A stretch of 63,647 nt of DNA, filler included, from Octopus bimaculoides (taxonomy: Eukaryota): NCBI RefSeq assembly GCF_001194135.2. It is 10 parts of 10 records of this genome, joined end to end, with 100 filler letters (N's around TTAATTAATTAA, not from the genome) between each part and the next. Parts side by side here need not be neighbours in the genome. Positions count along the whole stretch, not along the records: positions 1 to 20,692 come from NC_069004.1; positions 20,793 to 25,784 come from NC_069002.1; 8 more parts are not named here. One strand, given 5' to 3'. The notes beneath the pieces were generated by a model that made no database searches, had not been told where the DNA came from, and saw nothing but the letters and a program-made list of their open reading frames with translations. Numbering within the stretch: position 1 is the stretch's first letter; each line of letters begins with the position of its first letter. This document shows positions 11,260 through 24,533 of this stretch, piece by piece. The position numbers and the translations under genes are program-made.

Positions 11260-13021
11260 TGGTTGTCTACTCCTTATTCAGAGTTTGACCACCTTAGCAC
11301 CTTCATGGCATCTGCTGTTGTTTTTTAAACCAGACAATGTTCTGAAAGGACACCCCCACAGATCGTTACATTCTTCCTCAGATCTCTTTTGAGTCTTACA
11401 TGCGTTATTCTGGCCTCTTCAAATGCTTTCACTCCACTTCACACTTTTGTTCGCTATCCAACTCGATCCGAAGCAAGGATTTCTATGTCTTCTGGATCCA
11501 TTCCAAGTGACTTCATAGTAGTCCTTATGCTATCCTTAAACCTTTTTTTTTTAGGTTTACGCCGATAGCGTTTCCCCTCTGCAAGCTCACCATAAAACAG
11601 CTGTTTCGGTATGCGTTCATCTGCCATTCGAACAATATGGCCACACCATCTCAATTGGTTCCTCAAAATCATAGCATTATTTGAGGTGATGCCTGCAGAA
11701 GCAAGGACATTTGTGTTTGGAGTAAAAGAAATCCATTTAATGTTTAAAATGCGGTGGAGGCACTTTTGGTGGAATTGTTCTCACAATTTAAAATGCCTTT
11801 CATAACAAGTCCAAGTTTCACAGGAGTACAACAGGGATGGTAAGACAAATGATTTGTAAAGAGCCAGCTTTGTATTGTTATTTATATGTCGCTGGCATCA
11901 AACGCGTGACTCCAAGCCACCAAATGCTTTTGCTGCCCTTTGAATTCGCAGATGTATTTCTGTATCAAGATTTCTATCATTTTGGACAGAGCTTCCAAGG
12001 TAGATGAACGAATCGACAACCTCAAGTAACTTACCCATAACAAAAATTTTAGTGGGGGTTACAAACAGCACCACATGCAGGTTAATGCATTACAACTGCT
12101 TCTTTCAAATTGATGGTCGAGCCAAAACATCACAAGCTGAGTCAAATGCAGATACAAGAGATTGCAGACCTGTTTCAGAATGACTGACAAAATCGCAATC
12201 CTCAGCGTATAAAAGTTCCCTAATGAGGGAAGTAAAAAACCTTCGTTTTGAATTTCAGTTTGGTCAGATTAAAAGCATTCCCTGTTGTTCGATATTTTGT
12301 GTAAGTACCCTCCTCAAAGTTTTGAAAAACATGTGACAACACAACAGCAAAGTATATTGCAAGGAGGGTGGATGCCTCAAGGTCTCCTTGCTTTACTCCA
12401 TTTTCTACGGCAAAAGATTCAGAGAGCCTACCACCAAAGTTAACTCTAGCTTTCATATCTTGATGCAAAGCCGTGATCATGTTTACAAATTTTCTGGGCA
12501 ACCTATTTTCCTTAGAATTAGCCACAGAGCATTTCGGTTAACAGTATCGAATGCTTTGCTCAAATCAACAAAGCAATGGTATACAGCAAGATTGTGTTCA
12601 ATGCACTTTTCTTGTAATTGTCTGATAGTAAAGATACAATCAGCTGTGTCCCTAGGAGAACGAAAACCACATTGAGACTCAGACACTATATTTGGAACTA
12701 TAAAGGTATTTAAACATTCTAACAAAATGTAGGCAAGTACCTTTCCAACCACAGACAAAAGCAACATCCCACGAAAATTACCACACAGATCCTTTGGCCT
12801 CGATTTATACAAGGAGACTAAAATGGCGTCAATCCAGTCTTGAGGCATTTTCTCAGTTCTCCAAAAGTGACAAATTAATATATTTAAGAGTTCAAACATT
12901 TTGTCTCCCCCATATTTCAAGACTTCTGCACAGATTCCATCAGACCCTGGAGACTTATTGTTATTCAGCTTATTCACAGCTAAATAAATGTCATTTAGAG
13001 TTGGTTCTTCTATAACTGATA
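11258..13021 (-). mobile_element. 5'-truncated RTE-clade LINE (RT pseudogene)
   Basis: ORFs 12483-13055, 12220-12525 and 11454-11672 carry KSPGSDGI, ESQCGFR, FVDLSKAFDTV, GVKQG, YAED (YADD) and QLRWCGHIVRM...PKQLFYGEL; frameshifted. Confidence 0.93.
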
Positions 13022-15700
13022 GGTAGAACTTTGAATTAACAAAATATTTTAGCACTAAGCAGTAAGCAATGGCTCAAACGAAAATAAAATTATAGCTAAA
13101 CCAACAAAAAACTAAAACCAACAGTGAACTATTATCTAAATAGCTAAACAGAACATTTCAAATTAGAGGACTTATTTAGATTCTGGACAAGCCCTTCTGT
13201 TTAGTAACTACAAGTTTTGATATTCCACACACAACTGTTGGTCATAGAAAATCGCTAAGTGATGGAGAGATTATTGAAGACGATTATGTTAAATTTGCAT
13301 AATTTTTCTGAGCTCAATCATGATGACATCGGCTTCTATACAGGAAGTGGATAAAATTTACAAGAACGGTAGCACCGATGAAGTCCTTTCTATTTTATTT
13401 TCTGACAAACTCGTTGGTGGTAGAACTTTGAATTAACAAAATATTTTAGCACTAAGCTTTGGTCATTGCTCAAACGAAAAACAAAAAACTAAACCAACAA
13501 AAAAACTAAAGCCAGCAGCGAACTATTATCTAAATAGCTAAACAGAACACTTCAAATTAGAGAACTTATTTAAATTCTGGACAAGATCTTCCATTTAGTA
13601 ACTACAAGTTTTGATATTTCACACACGATTGTTGATCACGGAAAATCATTAAGTGATGGTGAGTTTATTAAAGATGATTATGTTAAATGTGCATAATTTT
13701 TATTTGATCATTTTCATAAAAAAAAGGCCCCGCAACGAAGTGTGCAAAGAGTTAGCAATTAGCGGAAATAGGGTAAAAAGCAGGATTTAATGAAATTGAA
13801 TACTAACATATAAGATAAAAACTGAGCAACACTTAAAATGCATGTAATNNNNNNNNNNNNNNNNNNNNNNNNNNNNNNNNNNNNNNNNNNNNNNNNNNNN
13901 NNNNNNNNNNNNNNNNNNNNNNNNNNNNNNNNNNNNNNNNNNNNNNNNNNNNNNNNNNNNNNNNNNNNNNNNNNNNNNNNNNNNNNNNNNNNNNNNNNNN
14001 NNNNNNNNNNNNNNNNNNNNNNNNNNNNNNNNNNNNNNNNNNNNNNNNNNNNNNNNNNNNNNNNNNNNNNNNNNNNNNNNNNNNNNNNNNNNNNNNNNNN
14101 NNNNNNNNNNNNNNNNNNNNNNNNNNNNNNNNNNNNNNNNNNNNNNNNNNNNNNNNNNNNNNNNNNNNNNNNNNNNNNNNNNNNNNNNNNNNNNNNNNNN
14201 NNNNNNNNNNNNNNNNNNNNNNNNNNNNNNNNNNNNNNNNNNNNNNNNNNNNNNNNNNNNNNNNNNNNNNNNNNCCCCCCCCCCCGCCAAATTGCTGGCC
14301 CTGAAACAAAAATTTAAATCCAGTATTACGTTATCATCTCGATAAATAACAAATAACAATTTTCACAGGGGTTTCATTTGAGATGCTTATTGAATTAAGA
14401 GAATTTATCACAAAACACGCCAGCAAAAACAAAAAGAAAAAAAAAGAAATCCTTAGTAGACTGTATATTAAAATATTTCATGAAAGACTACATGATTTAT
14501 TAAAAATAAGTTCGGATACAACTGGTGTCCCTAATATGGTAGGCCAAAATATTGACTTTCAAAAGCAATTTCCTGAAGCTATTAGTCGCCTTTATATACT
14601 TCATACTTTCCGTTATACATCACAAAGTATTGTGCACTAAAGTAAGCTCGGCACATTTTGACGATGAGATTTGTGAAAAAGATAATCAGTTTGGTATCTG
14701 TAAGCTTTGAGAATATAATTTACATTAAAATAGAATTGAATCAGTTGACATTGATTTACTAATGTACAGTTTTGTATAGTAGTTGAATTGTGGAGGAGTT
14801 AATATTTGTGGAATTAATTTGTGGAGTTAATATTTGAATTGTGGAGGAGTTAATATTTAAACGATTTGTTGGCTGCATAAGTGACTGCTTTGAGATATGA
14901 AAAATACAGAGAATAGTTTTCAGATAAATGATTTTGCTTGGCTCAGTAAAATTATGTTTCAGGCGGACTTTTTTCAAGGTTTCGGAAAACCGATTGATAT
15001 GATGTGAGGTTCTATTAAAAGTAACCTCGATACTTTTCAGCAGGATTTAGAGAGTAAAATTTCCAAAGGCGAAGAAATTCTTTATTATTTGGTGCTGAGA
15101 AGGTCGCGAGCTTAGCAGAATCGTAAAAGCGTTGGAAAAATACCTCGAGACCTCTTTGACTCTGAGTTCAGTTCTGTCAGGTTCGGGTTTGCTTTTTATC
15201 CTCTCGGACTCGCAAGAATAAAGTTCTAGTCAAGAACTAGGTCGATGACATCGACTAATATTCTACCCTCGAATGTATTATGAGAATCTTGGAGAAACAG
15301 ATTATAGAAGATATAAGGGCCGTAAATAAGCAGTTTTCTTCTATACTGATGGAATTCAGAGAGTTAAAGAAAATCAATACAATTTATAAAATACCTTCAT
15401 AAAGCAGACTTTACGGATCTGAAATTAGATGATTTTGATTGGCTGGCATTAATTGATCTAGAAATGCAATTAGTCGACTTCCAATCCAATCCTATTTGGA
15501 AGCAAAAATTCATTGCACTTAATGCTGCTTTCGAAGTTAAATGTATTTGTGAATAAATATCGTGATTAGAAATGTTAGCGCTCTTAAAATACTTGCGAAA
15601 CATTCCTGACCATTTTCTTATCAAAGAATCTATGTGAAACATTGTTCTCGGCACTAGACAAGCAGTTCTAATTCAAACATCTAAAAGCCAACAATTTTGA
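13022..15700 (+). mobile_element. Degenerate hAT transposase relic (SPIN/GTF2IRD2-like)
   Basis: Fragments KSLSDGE, DTTGVPNMVG, SVIHHKVLCTK, DLEMQLVDFQSNPIWKQKF and LCETLFSAL match hAT motifs from memory; many stops and frameshifts. Confidence 0.7.
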
Positions 15701-15714
15701 GTAAGAGGATGATT

Positions 15715-16195
15715 AGGTAGTACCGTCGACTCCGAAATTGAGAAAGCTAGATTTGACCACGGCTGGAATTGAACTCAGAGTGTAAAAGATGGAGGGAATG
15801 GTGCAAGGTATTATTTTCGATGCGCCAATGATTCTACTAACTCCGTGCCTTCTCGCCATTGAATAATAAATAATCGTTTCCAAGGGACTAGTCGGAATTA
15901 GATCTCAGCACGTAAAGTTGGACGAAACGCCGCTGAACATTTTGTCCCACGCGCTAACTGTTCTGCCAGCTCGCTGCCTTATTAGATAATAATCTTTGCA
16001 ACTACGGGCACAAGGCCCGAATTTTCGGCGGGGAGGGTCTAGTCAATTACATCGACCCCACTATTCGACTGGTACTTATTTTCTCGACTCCGAAAGGTTG
16101 ACCTCAGAGGAATTTGAATTCTGAGCGTAAAGACGGACGAAACGCTGCTGAACGTTTTGTCCGGTGTGTTAACGATTCACCCAGCTCGCTGCTTC
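15715..16195 (-). mobile_element. Three adjacent partial SINE A copies
   Basis: Repeated ggaatttgaa(c/t)tcag..cgtaaag..ggacgaaacg..gctga blocks, reverse complement of family A. Confidence 0.75.
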
Positions 16196-16262
16196 ATTGA
16201 ACAAAAAATATATTTACTGACTTCTCGAACTCGGAAACAAAATGCTATCAAAATTGGAATAA

Positions 16263-16684
16263 CAGGCGTAGGAGTGGCTGTGTGGGATAAGTAGCTTGCT
16301 TACCAACCACATGGTTCCAGGTTCAGTCCCACTGCGTGGCACCTTGGGCAAGTGTCTTCTACTATAGCCTCGGGCTGACCAAAGCCTTGTGAGTGGATTT
16401 GGTAGACGGAAACTGAAAGAAGCCCGTAGTATATATGTATATATATATGTATGTGTGTGTATATGTTTGTGTACCTGTGTTTGTCCCCCACCCACCATCG
16501 CTTGACAGCCGATGGTGGTGTGTTTACGTACTCGTAATCTAGCGGTTCGGCCAAAGAGACCGATAGAATAAGTACTAGGCTTACAAAGAACAATAAGTCC
16601 TGGGGTCGATTTGCTCAACTAAAGGCGGTGCTCCAGCATGGCCACAGTCAAATGACTGAAACAAGTAAAAGAATAAAAGAGAGT
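16263..16684 (+). mobile_element. tRNA-derived SINE, family B (CORE-like motif), full length
   Basis: ggagtggctgtgtgg head, ggttccaggttcagtccc B box, ggcaccttgggcaagtgtctt core, internal TA/TG tract and (taaaaga)n tail. Confidence 0.9.
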
Positions 16685-18075
16685 ATAACATTTTAAAATT
16701 GTATTTTATTATTCAAGTTTTTTTTATTAGTATATTTTGAAATTTTAAATGATATTTTATTAAACTTCTAGTTTTATATATATATATATATATATATATT
16801 AGTAATATAACCTTTTTATTAATGAGTATTTACTAAAACTAGAATATATTCATGTTTATAAGTGTCACTCCAACAACAGGATTATTAAGGAAAATTAATA
16901 CCAGGCGATAATACCAGGCTTAATGTTTTTACAGTATTACAATGTATCCATTTCTACGTGCAGGCAAGGTATCTCTACGTGGCTAACCAACGAGCTAGAA
17001 ATAGCAGCTAAATCTCTATCAAATCAGACCTTATCCTCATTAAGAAATACACATTGCATAAGATAGTGCAGGACAGCGGACGTTTGGAAAATATATGTAG
17101 GATGGTCATAGATGGGATGTATTTGTTTGTATGTCGTCTGCTTGATCACGCTCACCAGGGACTATACAAGAAGGCAAAAAAATGCATTCTTAATTTTACT
17201 TAAGACGAAATAATATAATTTTTATGAGTGATATCTGCTATTTCTTGCATGTCGATTGATCATGATGAAATTTGATTATTTGTTAGCTCGAAGTCAATAG
17301 TTTTCTGTTTATTAATATATTTCGTTGCTTTCAATTTGCGTCACATTTAACCATTGCCGGCCACCATACTTAATGTGGTGAACCGAAGATAAGCCTTAAT
17401 AAAATTGCCATCTAAACTAGGAACACAAACCACACACTAAATTTCTATATATTTACACATGTGGTAATGGGAATATCACATAAGGATTCAATACAAAGAA
17501 AATGAACTAAGAAGTATTTGTCCTTTTGTTCTTTAAAGCGTTTGTGAAGGAGATTTTAACTCGAAATATTAAGAGTAATTAAACATCTCTAGAGTGAGAT
17601 TTTAATATCTTTGTTGTTGTTTTTTTTTTATGTTTAACATTCTATCTGCACTGATGTCATCTTTTGTAATACGTTAATTCAATGAATTAGAATTCTAACT
17701 GCAATAGGAATAAAAGTCATTAGTGTTGATGATAATTATTCAGAAATGAGATAAAGGAGAGAACCCTCAATATTTCAATTCACCAAAGATTAAATAGGAA
17801 TATGAAGGGAGGAGAAATGAGGCTAATATTTGGTTACTATAGTAACAACTAATCCCAGATGTTTTATTTAGTAAAACCAGTCATCATTTCATCTCTCCCA
17901 GGCAAAGAAAAATACCCGAAACTTTAGATTTTGCTTCCTTTCACGATTCAGTTTAAATCATTTAGTTTGTTCCATACAAAACGGTTTGCTACAAAAATCA
18001 TGTTTATTTGTGGTGATGGAGCTAGAAGTGTTACAATCACATTTAAAGTATGCGTGTTAATATTCCTTCGTTTTA

Positions 18076-18900
18076 AGGCGGCGATCTGGCAGAAGCGTGC
18101 TGGCACGCCGCGAAAAATGCTTAGAGGCATTTCATCCGTTTTTATATTCTGAGTTCAAATTCCACTGAGATCGACTTTGCCTTTCGTCCTTTCGGAATCG
18201 ATAAAATAAGTACCAGTTGAGAACTGGAGTTGATGCAGTTGACTAACCCCATCCCCCGAAATTGTTGGACTTGTTCCAAAATATAAAACCAATATTCTTT
18301 TATCTGAATGTGGCGAGCTGGCAGAATCGTTAGCACGCCGGGCGAAATGCTTAGCGGTATTTCGTCAGCCACTGCGTTCTGAGTTCAAATTCCGCCGAGG
18401 TCGACTTTGCCTTTCATCCTTTCGGGGTCGATAAATTAAGTACCAGTTACGCACTCGGGTCGATATAATTGACTTAATCCGTTTGTCTGTCCTTGTTTGT
18501 CCCCTCTGTGTGTAGCCCCTTATGGGCAGTAAAGAAATAGGTATTTCGTCAGCCGCTACGTTCTGAGTTCAAATTCCGCCGAGGTCGACTTTGCCTTTCA
18601 TCCTTTCGGGGTCGATAAATTAAGTACCAATTACGCACTGGGGTCGATGTAATCGACTTAACCCCTTTGTCTGTCCTTGTTTGTTCCCTCTATGTTTAGC
18701 CCCTTGTGGGCAATAAAGAAATAAGAATCGTGTTAGCACGCCGAGAAAAAAACGCGTAGCGGCATTTTGTCTGTTTTTACGTTCTGAGTTCAAATTCCGC
18801 CGAGGTCAACTATGTTTTTCATCCTTACGGAGTCGATAAAATAAGTATCAGTTGTAGTCGATGTAATCGACTTAACCCCTTCTCGAAATTATTGGCTTTG
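18076..18900 (+). mobile_element. Head-to-tail cluster of four SINE A units
   Basis: ttctgagttcaaattcc..gag.tcga occurs four times (~18145, 18378, 18561, 18783). Confidence 0.88.
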
Positions 18901-19006
18901 TTAAAGAATTTGAAACTATTATTCTTTCGTTTTTTTAAATTCTGCTCCATAATTCACTGCACATCTATCCGTACTATGACGGAACACTGGAGCCCCATGA
19001 CAGCTT

Positions 19007-19069
19007 TTACTAACCCCCTTCTTAATGTTACTAACCCCCTTCTTACTGTTACTAACCCCCTTCTTACTC
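19007..19069. repeat. 21-bp tandem repeat x3 (ttactaacccccttcttaatg)
   Basis: Direct reading; 1-2 mismatches between units. Confidence 0.9.
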
Positions 19070-20269
19070 GACTATTTCCCATATCTGGATTTGAACTCGG
19101 AACTTAAAAAGGCCGGAACACAGCCCGCTCTGTTACAACTCTGTGAACAATTCGCTGCCTCTATATAAGAATATTTAAGGCTAATAAATACTTTAGCCGA
19201 AAAATCTAAGAACATTTATAAGCCCTAGATATTATCTTCTGTAATGACTTTCCCTCTATACTTATCGCGAAACCATCAATAAATTTTCAGAAGTGATCGA
19301 GCATCATCCAGTTATCAGTTACAGATGGAATGATAGATAAAATTCTTACATGCAATTTTGATCTTAAGTCAGCAGCCAAGTTGTATAATTTGACGAAGCT
19401 AAGAACTACGCTTCAGCTTCTTAAATATTTTCTGCACGATATTATAGCCACTTGTTACTGCTATATCAATTGTTAATACATTATTAGCTCTGTTGTAAAG
19501 GTAAATAATTACGTTGCGTTTTGTGCGAGTTAAGTTGTGGGCCGCTCTGTCCGTCCATCTTAAAGTTATACAGGATATAATCACATTCTGTGTTATGGTT
19601 TTAATTTATTTGGTTTGAGTATCGTTGAATGGATATTTATCATCAAAGGCATTCTAGCCGTGACGTCTCCGACAGTGTGTACCGTTTAGCCTTAGGTCAA
19701 CAGTAAAATCGGGAAGTAATAGGAACGATAGCTGTGTAAGGTAAACGATATCATCGATTCTTAGAAATGTCTTTTTTTTTGCGGTATATAAGTTGAATTT
19801 TTCAGACGAAAATTTACAGCCAAAAATGGATAGGACTACTTATACACCAAGATAACTTTGGAGAACCAAAAGTTCCACGTGAAAGGCTATAAAATGTACT
19901 AGGGTTTAGACAGGTAATGACGGTGTTTGAATGTTTATGCTCCATGTACTACGTCGACATGTATTTAAGATCTCGGAAATTCAATACAATAAAGGACAGT
20001 ATAAGCTTATCACGTGACAGACGAATTCGCGCTAAAAAGACAAAGATACTAAATAGAAGTATGGAATGAAAGTTGCAGAGTACAAATCACAACGTTTAGA
20101 GATCAGAAAATAAAATTTAGAAACCCTAAAATTTCTAATTTCTGTGGGTTGGTATAACATTGCTTCAATATCCATCACCTTGGCCCTATTTTTCTGTTGG
20201 AAAAACTTTAAGTCTATGGAAAAGGGGCGACTACTTAGTAGGTTTTATTACATTTATAAAGGGATAAAG

Positions 20270-20516
20270 AGCGCCTTCAGTCATAAATGGGATTGCACCT
20301 AGAAAGTTCCCCTCCGAGGTACAAGCTCGGGCAAATTTATTTCTGGAAGACCAGCAATCACCCATGCATACTGGCTTCCCCTCTCCACGCCACCAATGTT
20401 ATCCAAGGGAAGGACAAAGGCTGATACAGCTTGGCACCAGTGACGTCACAACTGGTTTCTACAGCTGAGTGAACTGAGAAACATGAAATAAAGTGTCTTG
20501 CTCAAGGACATAACTC
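20270..20516 (-). mobile_element. SINE family D, partial
   Basis: Shared body with 10520-10720; core gaaataaagtgtcttgctcaagga. Confidence 0.75.
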
Positions 20517-20656
20517 CTCCGAATGCATCAGAATGCTTCAGGCAGTACTTCACGCGAGATTGAAGGAGCGTGAAACAGTCTGTCTGTAAAGTAGAACTTC
20601 ATCACACTAACCCTTTGTCATTTGTGACCTCATATATACATATATACATATATACA

Positions 20657-20692
<36 letters not shown>

Positions 20693-20792
20693 NNNNNNNN
20701 NNNNNNNNNNNNNNNNNNNNNNNNNNNNNNNNNNNNTTAATTAATTAANNNNNNNNNNNNNNNNNNNNNNNNNNNNNNNNNNNNNNNNNNNN

Positions 20793-21146
20793 GTTTGTTA
20801 CATATCCCAATGCCCCAACAATCACGGGTATGAATCTGAACTTGTAGTCTGGGTGGAGTATCTGTAAATTTCTCAGTAGCTCGGCGTAGTTGTTCTCTTT
20901 TTCTCTAATCTTTAGTGGGATGTTGACATCCGCAGGACAGCTGATTTCTACTACTGTACAGAGTTTCTCATTCCACCAATACTCTTTCATATTGTGAGTG
21001 GTAATGGCCTCTACCTCATTATGGGTTTTCATCTCCTTAGCCCCGGGGTTATCCTGTCGGCGGATTTCATTGTACAGTGTCTTGGCCACAACATCATGTC
21101 TCATAGGTAGGTAATACCGTGATGACATTTTTGGACAGCTGCTAAT
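20793..21146 (-). mobile_element. R4/Dong-like non-LTR retrotransposon fragment (restriction-like endonuclease region)
   Basis: RHDVVAK, VEISCPADVNI, KENNYAEL, IPVIVGALG motifs. Confidence 0.8.
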
Positions 21147-21885
21147 GTATGTATGTATGTATGTATGAACATATGGTATACATGAAAAAAAAAAGGGATT
21201 AAAAAATCCAGGCAGATATCAATAAAGCGCTCAGAGTTTAACGAATTCGGTTAATTACATCAAACAATCAGACGACCAATAAATGCAAGTAGAATACACA
21301 TCCAAGATAGTTCCTCGTGTAAGACAAGTAGATCCAAATCTCATTTGAAAGAATTTCAAGAAACTCAGAGACAACAAAAATAAATTTCAATGACATTTTC
21401 TATATCTAAATATGTTGATACCACAGAAACGATTGTTGGCTTTGTATGGTGATTCCAACAATTAAAGATGTGATTTTCTCTATCCATATTTTTATTATAT
21501 ATATATATAAAATTATAATTTAGGGTATCTTCAAGATACTGCCATGCTGAAAATAGCAGTCAAATCTTGACTCTAAACCACAATAAATGTTCATATAGCA
21601 CCAGCAGCGAAGACGAAGAAACAAAATAAACTAGCAAAAATTACTGGATAATTCCAGATCCCGGATTTCTGGCTTTGCATAAGAAATGCTTTGCATCATC
21701 AGTGGAATACACTCAGAAAAGCGCATAAATAAAAAATATATATATACAACATACGATATATTTACATATACGAACGTATACATACATACATGCACGTATG
21801 CACACGACCAATAATTGTTACCTGTGATGGTTTTTATTCCCATGCTGGCCACTTGATAAAATCAATATTTAAATATCGATCTCAT

Positions 21886-21980
<95 letters not shown>

Positions 21981-22256
21981 TATATACATATTTATGTATG
22001 TATACACATACACACACAAACATGTGTATGTATTTTCATCTAAGACAGAGATGAATATCAATATTCCATGTGACAGGCTCGATAATTGTTAAGGGTTTTC
22101 TGTCTCAACATGAAACCAATGGTAGCCTTAACGCATAAATAAAAGATTTTTATCCATCATCTATCAATGCAATGTTGGGCACTCATTCTTATTGTTCGAT
22201 ACTAATGTGTGTGTGTATATATACACACACACACACATATACATATACACATACCC

Positions 22257-22423
22257 CACTGTGTAAGGTGGTTGGTGTTAGGAAGAGCATCCAGCCATAA
22301 AAAAACCCTACCTAAACAGACAATGAAGCCTGGTGCAGTTTTCTGCCTAGCCAGTTCCTGTCAAACTGTCCAACCCATGCCAGCATGGAAAATGGACTTT
22401 AAAGAGTGATGATGGTGATAATG

Positions 22424-22425
<2 letters not shown>
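22257..22425 (+). mobile_element. RTE 3'-tail fragment
   Basis: ggttggtgttaggaagagcatccagcc...ccaacccatgccagcatggaaaatggac..(gat)n, matching 48750-48893. Confidence 0.8.
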
Positions 22426-22454
<29 letters not shown>

Positions 22455-22619
22455 AATTCACACATACACACACATTATGATAGTATTGAATTTGTTTTGC
22501 ATACATCAAGATATAATTGTTATGAGAATACAATGCAGGTAAACCTCCTCACTCTCACTACTACTCCATCACTAACGGCACCTCTGTTTCCTCCACCTCC
22601 GCTTTCTGCTGCATGTAGG

Positions 22620-22658
22620 TCATCATCATCATCGTCATCATCATCGTCATCGTCATCG

Positions 22659-22726
<68 letters not shown>

Positions 22727-22735
22727 GTCATCAAC
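22620..22735. repeat. (CAT)n microsatellite
   Basis: Direct reading. Confidence 0.97.
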
Positions 22736-23149
22736 AAGCTTGTGCGCCTCAGTTTCTTGTGGGAGGACGAAAAAACATAATGTTTCATAAACAAAATGTT
22801 TATTTGTTTGAATGTATCCATGGCAGAACAAAAAAAAAGAAAAAAGAAAAGAAAAAGCAAAAAAAAATAAGAATCAATAACTCACAAGTCAATATCTCCA
22901 TGGCAACTCGACCAAGATAAAAACGTTTCTTGTTAAAGATGTGACAAGGTGTGAGACGACCGCTGTTACCTGTTCACTTAGCTACAATGGCCTGGCTAAC
23001 GAATGCTTAAACTTGTGGATGTCAGTAACTGAAGTGGAATGTCGTTGATCAGATGGCTGGTTGGTTGGGTCTAGCCTGGGGTTAAATGACAATACCGGCA
23101 ATAGCAACAACAGTAACAAAAGATACCCATTTAGTAAGTAAAGAGTGGT

Positions 23150-23155
23150 CTATCC

Positions 23156-23187
<32 letters not shown>

Positions 23188-23352
23188 GTCTGCCTATCTA
23201 TCTATCCATCTGTCTGCCTATCTATCTATCCATCTGTCTGCCTATCTATCTATCCATCTATCTGCCTATCTATCTATCCATCTATCAGTCTGTCTGTCTA
23301 TCCATCCATCCATCCATCCATCCATCCATCCATCTATCTATCTATCTATCAG
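23150..23352. repeat. (TATC)n/(CATC)n tetranucleotide repeat
   Basis: Direct reading. Confidence 0.95.
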
Positions 23353-24237
23353 TNNNNNNNNNNNNNNNNNNNNNNNNNNNNNNNNNNNNNNNNNNNNNNN
23401 NNNNNNNNNNNNNNNNNNNNNNNNNNNNNNNNNNNNNNNNNNNNNNNNNNNNNNNNNNNNNNNNNNNNNNNNNNNNNNNNNNNNNNNNNNNNNNNNNNNN
23501 NNNNNNNNNNNNNNNNNNNNNNNNNNNNNNNNNNNNNNNNNNNNNNNNNNNNNNNNNNNNNNNNNNNNNNNNNNNNNNNNNNNNNNNNNNNNNNNNNNNN
23601 NNNNNNNNNNNNNNNNNNNNNNNNNNNNNNNNNNNNNNNNNNNNNNNNNNNNNNNNNNNNNNNNNNNNNNNNNNNNNNNNNNNNNNNNNNNNNNNNNNNN
23701 NNNNNNNNNNNNNNNNNNNNNNNNNNNNNNNNNNNNNNNNNNNNNNNNNNNNNNNNNNNNNNNNNNNNNNNNNNNNNNNNNNNNNNNNNNNNNNNNNNNN
23801 NNNNNNNNNNNNNNNNNNNNNNNNNNNNNNNNNNNNNNNNNNNNNNNNNNNNNNNNNNNNNNNNNNNNNNNNNNNNNNNNNNNNNNNNNNNNNNNNNNNN
23901 NNNNNNNNNNNNNNNNNNNNNNNNNNNNNNNNNNNNNNNNNNNNNNNNNNNNNNNNNNNNNNNNNNNNNNNNNNNNNNNNNNNNNNNNNNNNNNNNNNNN
24001 NNNNNNNNNNNNNNNNNNNNNNNNNNNNNNNNNNNNNNNNNNNNNNNNNNNNNNNNNNNNNNNNNNNNNNNNNNNNNNNNNNNNNNNNNNNNNNNNNNNN
24101 NNNNATAAACAAATATATAAAAACACTACACTTATTATTATATTAGGAGATATATTGTGATAAAACTAGTACTTTCATACATTGTGCAATCATCAGGTTC
24201 ATGTAGTGACAGTCATGTTTCACAATTGACAACTCTA

Positions 24238-24284
<47 letters not shown>

Positions 24285-24360
24285 TCATGTTTTGAGTTCT
24301 ATTTTTCCTGTTTGCATTACCAAACTTATGTTTGCCTCTATCTATCTATCTGCCATGTAA

Positions 24361-24533
24361 AAAGCACTCAGTCCACTCTGCAGGGTGGTTGGTGTTAGAA
24401 AGGGCATCCAGCCATAAAAGCCCTGCCAAAACAGACACAGAAGCCTGGAGCAGGCTCCCGGCTGGCCAACTCCTATCAAACTGTCCAACCCGTGCTAGCA
24501 TGGAAGGCGAACATTAAATGATGATGATGATAA
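24361..24533 (+). mobile_element. RTE 3'-tail fragment
   Basis: ggttggtgttagaaagggcatccagcc...gctagcatggaaggcgaacattaaa(tga)n. Confidence 0.8.

Noticed and set aside
15397-15654. Minus-strand 85-aa ORF that looks protein-like
   Set aside because: It is the antisense shadow of the + strand hAT transposase relic.
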